A DNA stretch of 64,000 nt from Candidatus Heimdallarchaeota archaeon B3_Heim (GTDB lineage: Archaea; Asgardarchaeota; Heimdallarchaeia; Hodarchaeales; Hodarchaeaceae), in assembly GCA_003144275.1 (NCBI GenBank), contig NJBF01000010.1, forward strand, positions 27,861 through 91,860. The letters are read 5' to 3'. Numbering within the stretch: position 1 is the stretch's first letter; each line of letters opens with the position of its first letter. A program made the translations under genes and the position numbers. Positions 20,303 through 29,165 of this stretch are shown here, piece after piece. Below the pieces are notes generated by a model, which worked only from the letters and a program-made list of their open reading frames with translations, did not search any database and had not been told where the DNA came from.

Positions 20303-20878
20303 TTAAGACAAGATCTGGTCAACTTCAGGACGAGTGAGAACATACAAACTAAATATACCAAATATTGTCCCCATTGGCATTGCTAATAGACTGAGGACGC
20401 TGATGAGGATAGAACCAGAATGGCCATTTTTCTGATAATTCATTAAGCGACGGCCGTTGATGATTGCTAGAACGCCATAAATTAGGATAAATATGGCTAC
20501 AAACCCGAGAACAAGCATGATAAACAGGAAAATTCCATAAGAGTTTTCTAACGAGCCTGCAGGTACAGAAGACATTCCCTTAAATAGATCAGGCATTGAA
20601 ACCATAGTTTGGTCAGAGAAAAACATGGACATCAAGGCCGCAATGAGTCCAAGTATACCAGCAATTAACAAAGCGAAAACTCCGAAGATTACTTCTACTA
20701 TTCCAACCACTTGAATATATCCTCGGTATTCACTTGCATGAGATTTCGGGTCATTATAGGTTGAATATTTATGTGATGAATACTTTGATCCACATTCTTG
20801 GCAAAATAGATCCTCACTGCCTCCGGTAGATCCACAATTAGAGCAAATATATTTTGACATGATAGGTTCATCCTCCAA
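20303..20878 (-). CDS. zinc-ribbon membrane protein
   Basis: N-terminal CxxC...CxxC ribbon (CSNCGS...CQECGS) followed by 4 TM helices. Confidence 0.5.
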   Translation of the reverse strand: MEDEPIMSKYICSNCGSTGGSEDLFCQECGSKYSSHKYSTYNDPKSHASEYRGYIQVVGIVEVIFGVFALLIAGILGLIAALMSMFFSDQTMVSMPDLFKGMSSVPAGSLENSYGIFLFIMLVLGFVAIFILIYGVLAIINGRRLMNYQKNGHSGSILISVLSLLAMPMGTIFGIFSLYVLTRPEVDQILS

Positions 20879-21113
20879 TTTCTTTTTAGTTAAGGATGGT
20901 TGTGTATAAACACATGATTGAGACTTATTTAAGAATTAAGATAGGGGCGAAAATGCTCTCGTGAATATTAGCTTCAAGCGTTCAGAATATTTTTTCTAAT
21001 TCCGATCATGATTACCAGTTCAGTCATCAGTCTAATACATGAAAAAGACTTATTGAGTTATTGTAACTATTGTTCTTAGCTTTTCTGATTAGTAAACTTA
21101 TTTACATTTTTAC

Positions 21114-22658
21114 TTATATCTCAATTTCAACGGTAGGCTTTTTTTTCTGTTCTGTTTTTGATGCCAGTCGCGCTCGTGCCTGAACCCAGGTACGTAATGC
21201 CGTAATATCTTCCTTCATCAATCGGGATAGTGGAACCATATTTTCCAAGGCATTCATGATATCTGTGGTTTCGACTTCACGATCCTCAGAAAAAGCATCG
21301 AACATAGCTGTGATGAGGGTTTGTTCTATTTCTGCTCCGGAATAGCCTTTACTTAACCCAACCAGTGTTCTCATATCAAATTTTTCTGTTTCACGCCCTC
21401 TTTTCTTAATATGGATAGAGAAGATATCTTCACGTTCCTTTGGGGAAGGTAAGTCTAAAAAGAAGATTTCATCAAATCTACCTTTTCTCATGAGTTCAGG
21501 AGGCAATCGCTGGACATTATTGGCGGTTGCGATTACAAATACTGGTTTTTTCTTCTCTTGAAGCCAAGTAATAAAAGTCCCAAACACTCTGCTTGTTGTT
21601 CCTGCATCCGTAAGATTACTGGACTGTACTCCCGCAAATCCTTTCTCTATTTCATCAATCCATAGAATAGAAGGAGAAACAGATTCAGCTGTTTTTATAG
21701 CGTTCCGAATATTCTGTTCACTCTCACCAACAACTCCTCCAAACACCTTTCCTACATCAAATCGTAGTAAGGGTAATTTCCATAATGAAGCTACTGCTTG
21801 GGCAGTAAGCGATTTTCCTGTTCCAGGAATGCCAATCAACATCAGACCTGAGGGAAAGGGTAATCCATACTCTCTTGCTTTTTCAGTAAAGCCTCGATTA
21901 CGGATGGTTAACCATTCTTTTAAGTGTTCTAATCCTCCAATATTATCAAAGTGTTCGCTAGAATGATAATATTCCAGTATTCCTGATTTACGAATAATTT
22001 GTTCTTTTTCTTGGATTATAATTGCAGGGTCAAACCGTTTTACTTCGACAAGTGATTTGGCAAAGACATTTTCTGCCTCATCCACAGTAAGTCCAAGAGC
22101 TGATTTTAGGACAGCTTCCCTTTCTTCCTCGGTTAAACTGATATCAACTCTAGGATTCATTTTTAATGGTTCAATAATTCCTTCTAGAACAGTATCCAAT
22201 AGCTCTAAGGTTGGAAAATCAAAGTCGACAACATTAATCATTTTTTCTAATTCAATTGGTACTTCCAAAACTGGAGAAACAAGAATACATGTTTTTTTCA
22301 AATTATTAAGGTGAATTTTGAGGTCACGAAGTTTTCGAATAACCACTGGATCTTTCATAAAAGGATGAAAGTCTTTTAACATGAAGATCGCGGGCCTCGG
22401 GTAATCGGTAATGAATGTTAACGCAGCAAAAGGATCCACTGCTTCCCCATCCAATTTTTTACCTAGAAAATCCGAAAACCCTTCTGTCGTACTCCAAATG
22501 ATCAATTGTTTCTCTGATTTTACAGCAAGAGTATTCAACATAACAGCCACCCTTTCCTCTTCCCAAGTGGTGATATAGATGAGAGAGTAACGAGCACGAA
22601 TTAAAATATCAACCTTTTTTTGTTGATCCTCACTAACCTTTTTCATAGAGGTCACCAA
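21114..22658 (-). CDS. Ycf46-like AAA+ ATPase
   Basis: 514 aa with a ~250-aa N-terminal domain, then Walker A GIPGTGKSL and Walker B ILWIDEIEKGF, with sensor-1/arginine-finger regions. Length and layout match the Ycf46 family as I recall it. Confidence 0.7.
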   Translation of the reverse strand: MVTSMKKVSEDQQKKVDILIRARYSLIYITTWEEERVAVMLNTLAVKSEKQLIIWSTTEGFSDFLGKKLDGEAVDPFAALTFITDYPRPAIFMLKDFHPFMKDPVVIRKLRDLKIHLNNLKKTCILVSPVLEVPIELEKMINVVDFDFPTLELLDTVLEGIIEPLKMNPRVDISLTEEEREAVLKSALGLTVDEAENVFAKSLVEVKRFDPAIIIQEKEQIIRKSGILEYYHSSEHFDNIGGLEHLKEWLTIRNRGFTEKAREYGLPFPSGLMLIGIPGTGKSLTAQAVASLWKLPLLRFDVGKVFGGVVGESEQNIRNAIKTAESVSPSILWIDEIEKGFAGVQSSNLTDAGTTSRVFGTFITWLQEKKKPVFVIATANNVQRLPPELMRKGRFDEIFFLDLPSPKEREDIFSIHIKKRGRETEKFDMRTLVGLSKGYSGAEIEQTLITAMFDAFSEDREVETTDIMNALENMVPLSRLMKEDITALRTWVQARARLASKTEQKKKPTVEIEI

Positions 22659-22671
22659 TGTTCAGTATATG

Positions 22672-22890
22672 TTATCGTCTAGCTGTAACCCGAGTGGTGG
22701 CCTCTACTGGACGTTGATAGTAATCTCTCTTGAAGTCTCTATTTGTAACCTCGCCGAGGGCCTCATCAAGAAATCTGGTTGTTTCTGTACAGGATTTTCC
22801 TTTTACCCCATTCACTGTATATGAAATATCCCCTTTTTCATCAATAGTGATTTCTAATTCTATATTGTCAGCACTCATTGACCTACCCAC
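22672..22890 (-). CDS. small conserved hypothetical protein (DUF2997-like), co-transcribed with the AAA ATPase
   Basis: 72 aa. Its start overlaps the stop of the upstream DUF1257-like ORF by 16 bp, and it ends 14 bp before the AAA gene start. Confidence 0.4.
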   Translation of the reverse strand: MGRSMSADNIELEITIDEKGDISYTVNGVKGKSCTETTRFLDEALGEVTNRDFKRDYYQRPVEATTRVTARR

Positions 22891-23285
22891 CCTCGTTTAA
22901 CAACTAGTAATTTAATTTCCCCAATTTCATTGATATACCTTGATTTAATGCGATATCCCTTTTTCCTAAGTTCACCCAAAACTTTGGTGACTGCGTATTC
23001 CTTCTGGATTTCATTTGCAAATTGCCGTCGGTTTTTTCCAATCGCTGCTGCTGCGCCATACCAATCTGCTAAAATTTGATATGACGAATCTTTCGCTTTA
23101 ATGAAACCTACATCAAATTCTCCAGTTGTTTTGATAACAATATCCCCTTTTCGGGTTCTTCGATTATAACCTCTTATCGTCGAGTTCTCTTCTACTTCAT
23201 ATTGTAGATTTTCAAGGGTTTTCAATAGACAGTTTCTGTCTGTGATCTTTGTTTTAAGTTTTGTAAAATGTGACATGATTTTCAT
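22875..23285 (-). CDS. conserved hypothetical protein (DUF1257/Ycf35-like)
   Basis: 136 aa, first gene of a three-gene co-directional unit (this gene, the 72-aa ORF, the AAA ATPase). From memory, this family is the small protein encoded next to ycf46 in cyanobacterial operons. Confidence 0.4.
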   Translation of the reverse strand: MKIMSHFTKLKTKITDRNCLLKTLENLQYEVEENSTIRGYNRRTRKGDIVIKTTGEFDVGFIKAKDSSYQILADWYGAAAAIGKNRRQFANEIQKEYAVTKVLGELRKKGYRIKSRYINEIGEIKLLVVKRGWVGQ

Positions 23286-23463
23286 ACTCCTCTAATTGTT
23301 ACATTCATTGAGAGACACAGGTGTATTGATAAATTCAGAGACGGACTGAGTTAGGATGATGAATGCAAACTCTACGAAAAATTCGTTCGCATATCAGAGG
23401 AGCAATTTCATTGAGATTCGTATACGGATGACATGAAAGGTAGAATTTTTTACACTTTTTCAA

Positions 23464-23478
23464 CCCGTGTAACACGGG
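23464..23478. promoter_or_regulatory. perfect 15-bp palindrome CCCGTGTAACACGGG, candidate operator; a half-site repeat CCCGTGTAAC lies at 23664-23673
   Basis: Read directly. A 7-bp inverted repeat around a central A, with a second copy of the left half 200 bp downstream and about 25 bp upstream of the small RHH-like ORF. Confidence 0.35.
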
Positions 23479-23698
23479 ATACTACTCTCTTAGAAGTATG
23501 ATTTACTCTTTCCAAATGTTTTTCGTCATTTTCACTGACCTCTCCCATTTATGGCACACATGGGCTCACCAATCCCCCCCCATAACCACCACTCCAGCAC
23601 TAATCTTGGAAGTATTTAAATAAAAGAGAAAAAGTACCTGTTGACACGTCATTACCAGAAATACCCGTGTAACCTGGATTTGATGGGGATATTAAGAT

Positions 23699-23899
23699 AT
23701 GAGTACTCAGAAACGAGATCAACAGGGAAAATTTACGTCTGAAAATCCTAGAAGATTCATTATGAGAGTAACAGCCCAAGAAAAAAAATTAGTTGAAAAA
23801 TTCCGTCAAATAAAACCTTCTAAAAGTACTAATAATAATCACTCTTTAGAGGAACTTCAAGCCTTAATTCGTAAACGGGTCGACAATATAGAATTGTAA
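23699..23899 (+). CDS. small basic protein, possible ribbon-helix-helix DNA-binding protein
   Basis: 66 aa. RRFIMRVTAQEKKLVEKFRQ fits a beta-strand followed by a helix, as in the RHH/CopG/MobC-like N-terminus. Preceded by palindromic sites. Weak. Confidence 0.3.
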   Translation: MSTQKRDQQGKFTSENPRRFIMRVTAQEKKLVEKFRQIKPSKSTNNNHSLEELQALIRKRVDNIEL

Positions 23900-24279
23900 T
23901 ATTCAAGTATAAAATCAGTCTGAAACGTGAAATAACGGTGAATTTAAGAAGATAAGCGGGTATTATTGCTCCTCCTCAACAAGTGCTCCTAGATAGGTCA
24001 TGAATGGGAGGAACCAGCCTAGAAATCAAGCTACCGATGGGCAATATTTTGATTTCTGGGTCTTTATATGTATTGAATAGACTTCGCCGAATTTGAGTTT
24101 TTCATTTTCGGAAAAAATCACATTTTTTCGTCATTCTATAATGATTTTTGGGAGTGTATTAATGATTTAATATCAAGATGACCGAATATCAGAAAAAATC
24201 CTTTGTACCCCATTTTATTTCATAATGGGGATCTCTTATGGGGTAACAAACTTTTTCACACTCGTTATAAACCCCAATT

Positions 24280-26172
24280 TCAAGGGTTTCGCCGTTTTCT
24301 GATTACAGGAAAAACTGCTAGGACTAGTAACAAATATGTAAAGCCTGGAGAGATGGTAGGAGTTGTTGGTTCTGTTGTGGTGGTAACTGTGGATTTTTCC
24401 GTGGTTGATATAATTTCAGAAGTTGTTGTATTTGTTGTAGTGGTGGTCGTTGATGTTGTGGTGTTCGTCGTGGATACATGTTCAGAAGCATCATATACAA
24501 TACTTAGCAGTTCTACTTGAAAATAGAGATCTCCATCACCATATGCCTCTTCTGAGAGTATAGTGAAATTCTTTACCTGATTGATTGCCATGCCAATTAA
24601 CGCTTCTTCAAATTTTAGGAGGAAAGCAGAGCGGGCTTCTGGATAAAAAGCTAGTATATCAGGGGGGACAGTTTGTTCTATGGAGAGATAGATATTGTTT
24701 AGTTCGACATTTGTATATCCAGGAACTTCAACACTATAATTGTTATCTTCATATAATGTATGACGGACATTGACAATATCTCCCCAATCGGCAGTATTTT
24801 CTTGGGGTTGATCAGACCAAGCAATGGCTGTATAAGTTGGATCATGATAGATTTCTCCACCGTACCATTCTGGAAATTCTGTAAACGTCAAATAAAGGAA
24901 TTGGTTTACCACTTCAGTGTGTTGGCCTGCTCCTGGAAGTACGATATTTGGTGCTATTTTAGATGCCACAAACACGGTAGATGACCAAGCAAGCGAAAGT
25001 TCTACCGTAAAATATGCTTTTGCTACATTGGTGAATGTCCAACCACTTGGATCAAACAAAGTAACGTATACATCACGATTTACGTCAGGATCAATGTTGA
25101 AGGGGGCGAAATCTAACTCTCTAAGTTTGTAGGTCATCTTATCCTTAAAACTAGTCCAAAAGAATACATTACCATTGTTTTCAACGTCAATTGTTGGATT
25201 TTCTGGATCATCTAAGTGAGTAGCATATTGAGGATTGCTAACTGTCTCTACATCAAACCAGTTTGTGGCAGTGATAACAGTCAAACCAAAGGCATCAGCC
25301 CTGCTCATTCTTAGTTTGGCATCATTCTCAATATAGAACGCCATTTCTGGTAGAGTAATGCTTACACTGTCCGGAAATATCCCTGAACTTCCATATGTAC
25401 TCATATCAATACCTTGTAAAGCAGCAGGAACATCTAGAGTATAGCTGGGGGATTCTATAAAAGGAGAGCCTTCCCAAATCCCTGCGTTGGCAGCAATAAA
25501 GGCAGCATCATCACCTATCGTCGCAAAGAAACTTGATTCACCGATGTGATACTTTGTCTCAACTGTTCCTAGATTGATTGTAATTGCAGGAGTGGTTGGT
25601 AATTCAATCTCTTCTACCTCAAATGAGTATTCAAATGCAAGATGATCAAGAACTGAAACAGCCACAATATCTTGCCCATATATATTACCTTTAGTATCTG
25701 GAAGCTGCAAACCAGCTGCACTGAGGATATCTGGCCCTCTCAGTTCCACATCAACATCTTGCCATAAAACTAACATATTAGTATAATTGATTCCAAAGTT
25801 ATACCCTGTTACAGTTTGTTCAAAGCTAGCTTCATAATCAAAGTGAGGAATTCGATAGGAAGTATGAGGAGCTAAGTTAGCGTTTAACGCATCAGCCAAT
25901 TCTTGAACTGCAAACGTATATCCCATATAGAGATTATTGCCACTATCCATTCGTAAGGAATCTGCACCAGTACTTTTGGAATAAGCAATTAATCCCATAA
26001 AATTGTTTGTTACGAAAGCCTCAGTCCCCCAAGGAGTATTGTAGTGTTGAACTAATTGCTGGAAGGGGGCTGTTGCATTGACATGGAATATATTTGACTC
26101 AAGAGCTGCAGATGAACCTGGTAAGAGAGAATCCCCAAGAGCCTCGAGAATGGTAACTACATCAAGAGGCAA
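24280..26172 (-). CDS. cell-surface (S-layer-like) protein with a Thr-rich linker and PGF-CTERM sorting signal; N-terminal part apparently supplied by 26173..26508
   Basis: C-terminus is ...TTTSTTTTTTNTTTSEIISTTEKSTVTTTTEPTTPTISPGFTYLLLVLAVFPVIRKRRNP (PGF + TM helix + basic tail). The predicted start is a TTG immediately after an in-frame TAA. No signal peptide at this N-terminus. Confidence 0.6.
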   Translation of the reverse strand: MPLDVVTILEALGDSLLPGSSAALESNIFHVNATAPFQQLVQHYNTPWGTEAFVTNNFMGLIAYSKSTGADSLRMDSGNNLYMGYTFAVQELADALNANLAPHTSYRIPHFDYEASFEQTVTGYNFGINYTNMLVLWQDVDVELRGPDILSAAGLQLPDTKGNIYGQDIVAVSVLDHLAFEYSFEVEEIELPTTPAITINLGTVETKYHIGESSFFATIGDDAAFIAANAGIWEGSPFIESPSYTLDVPAALQGIDMSTYGSSGIFPDSVSITLPEMAFYIENDAKLRMSRADAFGLTVITATNWFDVETVSNPQYATHLDDPENPTIDVENNGNVFFWTSFKDKMTYKLRELDFAPFNIDPDVNRDVYVTLFDPSGWTFTNVAKAYFTVELSLAWSSTVFVASKIAPNIVLPGAGQHTEVVNQFLYLTFTEFPEWYGGEIYHDPTYTAIAWSDQPQENTADWGDIVNVRHTLYEDNNYSVEVPGYTNVELNNIYLSIEQTVPPDILAFYPEARSAFLLKFEEALIGMAINQVKNFTILSEEAYGDGDLYFQVELLSIVYDASEHVSTTNTTTSTTTTTTNTTTSEIISTTEKSTVTTTTEPTTPTISPGFTYLLLVLAVFPVIRKRRNP

Positions 26173-26508
26173 TTAATCTCGAAAAGTTATCCATTGTTCC
26201 AATTTTTCTAAGGCTGAATAAGACAATTCAATCCCAGATCTATTCACATAATTCATATAGAATTGGAGATCAGTTTCAGGGACTGAATCTGTTCCTTCCA
26301 CTCCAGATCCAAGATCGTAAATTACATCAGGGTTAGCCGCATTTGGGTAAAGATCAATTTCAACAGCAAAGTGATCTTCACTGAAATTATGACCAGCATA
26401 ATCGGTTGCTTCACTAATAGTGAAATACGGACTAATTAACGCTAGAATACAGAAAATAACTAAGAAGAAAGACTTAGGGTTTCTCATATTTTTTTCTCTC
26501 AACCACAT
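26173..26508 (-). pseudogene. signal-peptide-bearing N-terminal fragment in the same frame as 24280..26172, separated by a single TAA
   Basis: MRNPKSFFLVIFCILALISPYFTISEA is a clear Sec signal peptide. The stop at 26173-26175 is in frame with, and directly abuts, the downstream 630-aa ORF. Possible disrupted gene, readthrough or sequencing error. Confidence 0.45.
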
Positions 26509-26781
26509 TCTATCTAGAAAATTTGCTCAAAATAATTTGTTCAAAACAATATTTGATCTCTATTAAAAGGTTTTTTTCTATTACGTGAATCCCTATTAAC
26601 AAAATCTTACGGTGGGTATATCAATCTCTCTTCTCTACGAAGTATCCTTATTCTATTATCCAATGTGATGTTTTTTTAACGGATTTCACAGTTTAGCATT
26701 TATTATAAGCTCGAGGGAAACCCTCTCCTTATGCAAGGACTTAGCCCCAAAGTGGCAATCAATGGGAGAGAATATTAATTT

Positions 26782-27873
26782 ATGGCACCTTCCTTTATCC
26801 CTGGATTGGAATTATCTCGTATTTTTTTTGAAGAAGCAGTTAAACCAATTTTAACTCAAAATTATCCTTTATTGAGGTATGATGCGGCATTGATCGGTCC
26901 TGGATCCGAGGTGTTGGAGTTCGATGATCCTGTATCCTCAGATCATCACTGGGGGCCCCGTCTGCAGTTATTCTTAGAAGAAACAGACTACTCAAAGAAT
27001 AGAAATGAGATAAGTTTACTGCTACGGCAAAAATTACCTTATAGTATCCGAGGTTATTCGACACATTGGAGCGAACCTGACCCATCAGACGCCATGAATC
27101 AGTTCTTAGAACCAAGATCTTCAGGCCTAGTAAACCATCGTGTGGAAATCTACAGCATAAGCGCTTATTTAATGAAGGTTTTAAACATTGAAACCACTGA
27201 GTTAACGAATATTGATTGGCTCATTTTACCTGAGCAAAGACTATTAGAATTAACATCTGGTAAAGTGTACCATCATGGCCACGGGGAAATACTAAAGGTA
27301 CGAAAATTCTTCAATTATTATCCTGACAATGTCTGGCACTATAAACTAGTGTCCGAATGGGATCACATTGCGGAAGAAATCGCTTTCGTTGGTCGATCTG
27401 TTACAAGAGGAGATGATTTAGGATCTAGACTAGAAGCAGCTCGACTTGTGAGAAGTATTATTAGACTAGCATTTATCTTAAGCAAGAAATACATTCCTTA
27501 TCCTAAATGGTTTGCCTACTCGTTTTCTTTCATTCCTATTGCCATTCATCTACAACCTGCATTACTTGCTATTTTGAAACAAAATAGTTGGCAAAAACGG
27601 GAGGAACTTCTTTGCAACGCCTATCTTCTTCTACTTGATTATCAAAATTCACTACAAATTACTCCTGAAATTGTTTTGAAACCTGCACAATTTCACTCTC
27701 GTGATCAAACTGTTATTGATGTTCAGAAGATAATCGTAGAGTTAAAAAAGCTACTAAACTCCCCCCTGGATAAAGTAAAATACTCTATAGGTTCTGTAGA
27801 TCAATTCATTGATGATACTCATATACTCACTGATGCTAGTTTTGCAGAAAAAGCAAGGGTTTTTTACTACTAA
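26782..27873 (+). CDS. hypothetical protein (363 aa)
   Basis: Long ORF with coding-like composition. No motif recognised. Confidence 0.4.
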   Translation: MAPSFIPGLELSRIFFEEAVKPILTQNYPLLRYDAALIGPGSEVLEFDDPVSSDHHWGPRLQLFLEETDYSKNRNEISLLLRQKLPYSIRGYSTHWSEPDPSDAMNQFLEPRSSGLVNHRVEIYSISAYLMKVLNIETTELTNIDWLILPEQRLLELTSGKVYHHGHGEILKVRKFFNYYPDNVWHYKLVSEWDHIAEEIAFVGRSVTRGDDLGSRLEAARLVRSIIRLAFILSKKYIPYPKWFAYSFSFIPIAIHLQPALLAILKQNSWQKREELLCNAYLLLLDYQNSLQITPEIVLKPAQFHSRDQTVIDVQKIIVELKKLLNSPLDKVKYSIGSVDQFIDDTHILTDASFAEKARVFYY

Positions 27874-27917
27874 TTTCATTACTAAACGATAATAAGCGTT
27901 GAAATTTTATTTTCTTT

Positions 27918-28886
27918 ATGCGAAAACTGAGCCCTAAAGTCGCAATCATTGGGGGGGGAAATGTTGGGATCCGTTATGCTTATGCCTTAATGATTAAAGG
28001 GCTTGCACGTCATATTATTGTTGTAGATATCGATATACAAAAAGTACAGGGAGAAATCATGGATTTATCCCATGGTATTCCATATACTTCACCTGTTAAA
28101 TTAGAAGTAGGAGCTTACGAGGATATCCAAGGTTCTGATCTCGTGGTGATTACTGCAGGAAAAAATCGTAAACCTGGAGAATCACGCTTAGAATTAACTA
28201 AAGCTAATGTCGCCCTTTACAAAGAAATTATACCTCAAATCATGAAATATGCTCCTTCAGCTCTTTTTCTGGTAGTGACAAATCCTGTTGATATTTTATC
28301 TTATACCGCATATAAAATCTCAAATAAACCTGAATCAGAGGTAATCGGTGCGGGTACAGTTTTAGATACTGCTCGTTTTCGCAATCTCATCGCTGCTCAT
28401 TGCAAAGTTGATCCTCGGAATGTTCATGGCTATATCTTAGGTGAGCATGGTGAAACAGAATTTCCTGTCTGGAGTAGAGTTCTAGTTGGAGGTAACTTGA
28501 TTAAAGACTATTGTCCTATCTGTGAGAACTGTGATATCTGTAATCATGAAGAGGAACTTGATAAAATCTTTATTGAGGTACGTGATTCTGGTGCAAAGAT
28601 AATCAAGAAGAAAAGAGAGACCTCATATGGTATCGGTTTAGCACTTGTAAGGATCACCGAGGCTATCTTTAATGATGAAAATGCAATTTTACCTGTTTCC
28701 TGCTTAGTGAATGGCTTTCTTGACATTCATGATGTGTATCTGAGTTTACCCGCAATAATTACTAAAAATGGTGTTAAGAAAGTTCTGGAAATCAAGCTAA
28801 ATGAACAAGAACAACTACTATTAATAAAATCTGCCAATAAATTAAAGGAAAAGATAAAAGAAATTATGGCCCTTCTGGAAAAATGA
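27918..28886 (+). CDS. L-lactate/malate dehydrogenase family oxidoreductase with an inserted Cys4 cluster
   Basis: NAD-binding KVAIIGGGNVGIRYAYAL, ITAGKNRKPGESRLEL (substrate-binding Arg), catalytic GEHGETE. Insertion DYCPICENCDICNHEE between the catalytic loop and the C-terminal domain. Confidence 0.85.
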   Translation: MRKLSPKVAIIGGGNVGIRYAYALMIKGLARHIIVVDIDIQKVQGEIMDLSHGIPYTSPVKLEVGAYEDIQGSDLVVITAGKNRKPGESRLELTKANVALYKEIIPQIMKYAPSALFLVVTNPVDILSYTAYKISNKPESEVIGAGTVLDTARFRNLIAAHCKVDPRNVHGYILGEHGETEFPVWSRVLVGGNLIKDYCPICENCDICNHEEELDKIFIEVRDSGAKIIKKKRETSYGIGLALVRITEAIFNDENAILPVSCLVNGFLDIHDVYLSLPAIITKNGVKKVLEIKLNEQEQLLLIKSANKLKEKIKEIMALLEK

Positions 28887-29165
28887 ATATCTGAGAAAAA
28901 ATCCCTCTGTTTATTTTCTGGAGAAAGAATCACATACCAAATCTTACTTATCTCTTTCTCAAATTATCTTACCATTTTCCTGATCTTTTGACATAAAAAT
29001 TGTCTAAATTAATAAATATTTAGTTAAACTCAATTGTTTATAATTTGTGATAATATTTGTCTTTTAAATATTATAGGGAAATAATTTCTATCTCCAAATG
29101 TCTGTTACTTTTATAGGGTTAGATTTTTAAGGAAAATTTACCTAAATCTACAAAGTGATTAAAAT

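Noticed and set aside
23340-23420. A TGATGA (C-box-like) sequence, suggesting a C/D box sRNA in the 23.3-kb spacer.
   Set aside because: No correctly spaced D box (CUGA) or C'/D' elements 40-70 nt downstream. A single hexamer match is expected by chance in AT-rich DNA.
24330-24480. Imperfectly repetitive GTTGT/GGTGGT-rich DNA that might look like a tandem repeat or CRISPR-like array (also 30160-30360).
   Set aside because: It is the coding strand image of poly-Thr/Ser/Pro linker regions (ACC/ACA/ACT codons) inside the two PGF-CTERM glycoprotein genes. No spacer-repeat periodicity, so not a CRISPR array.
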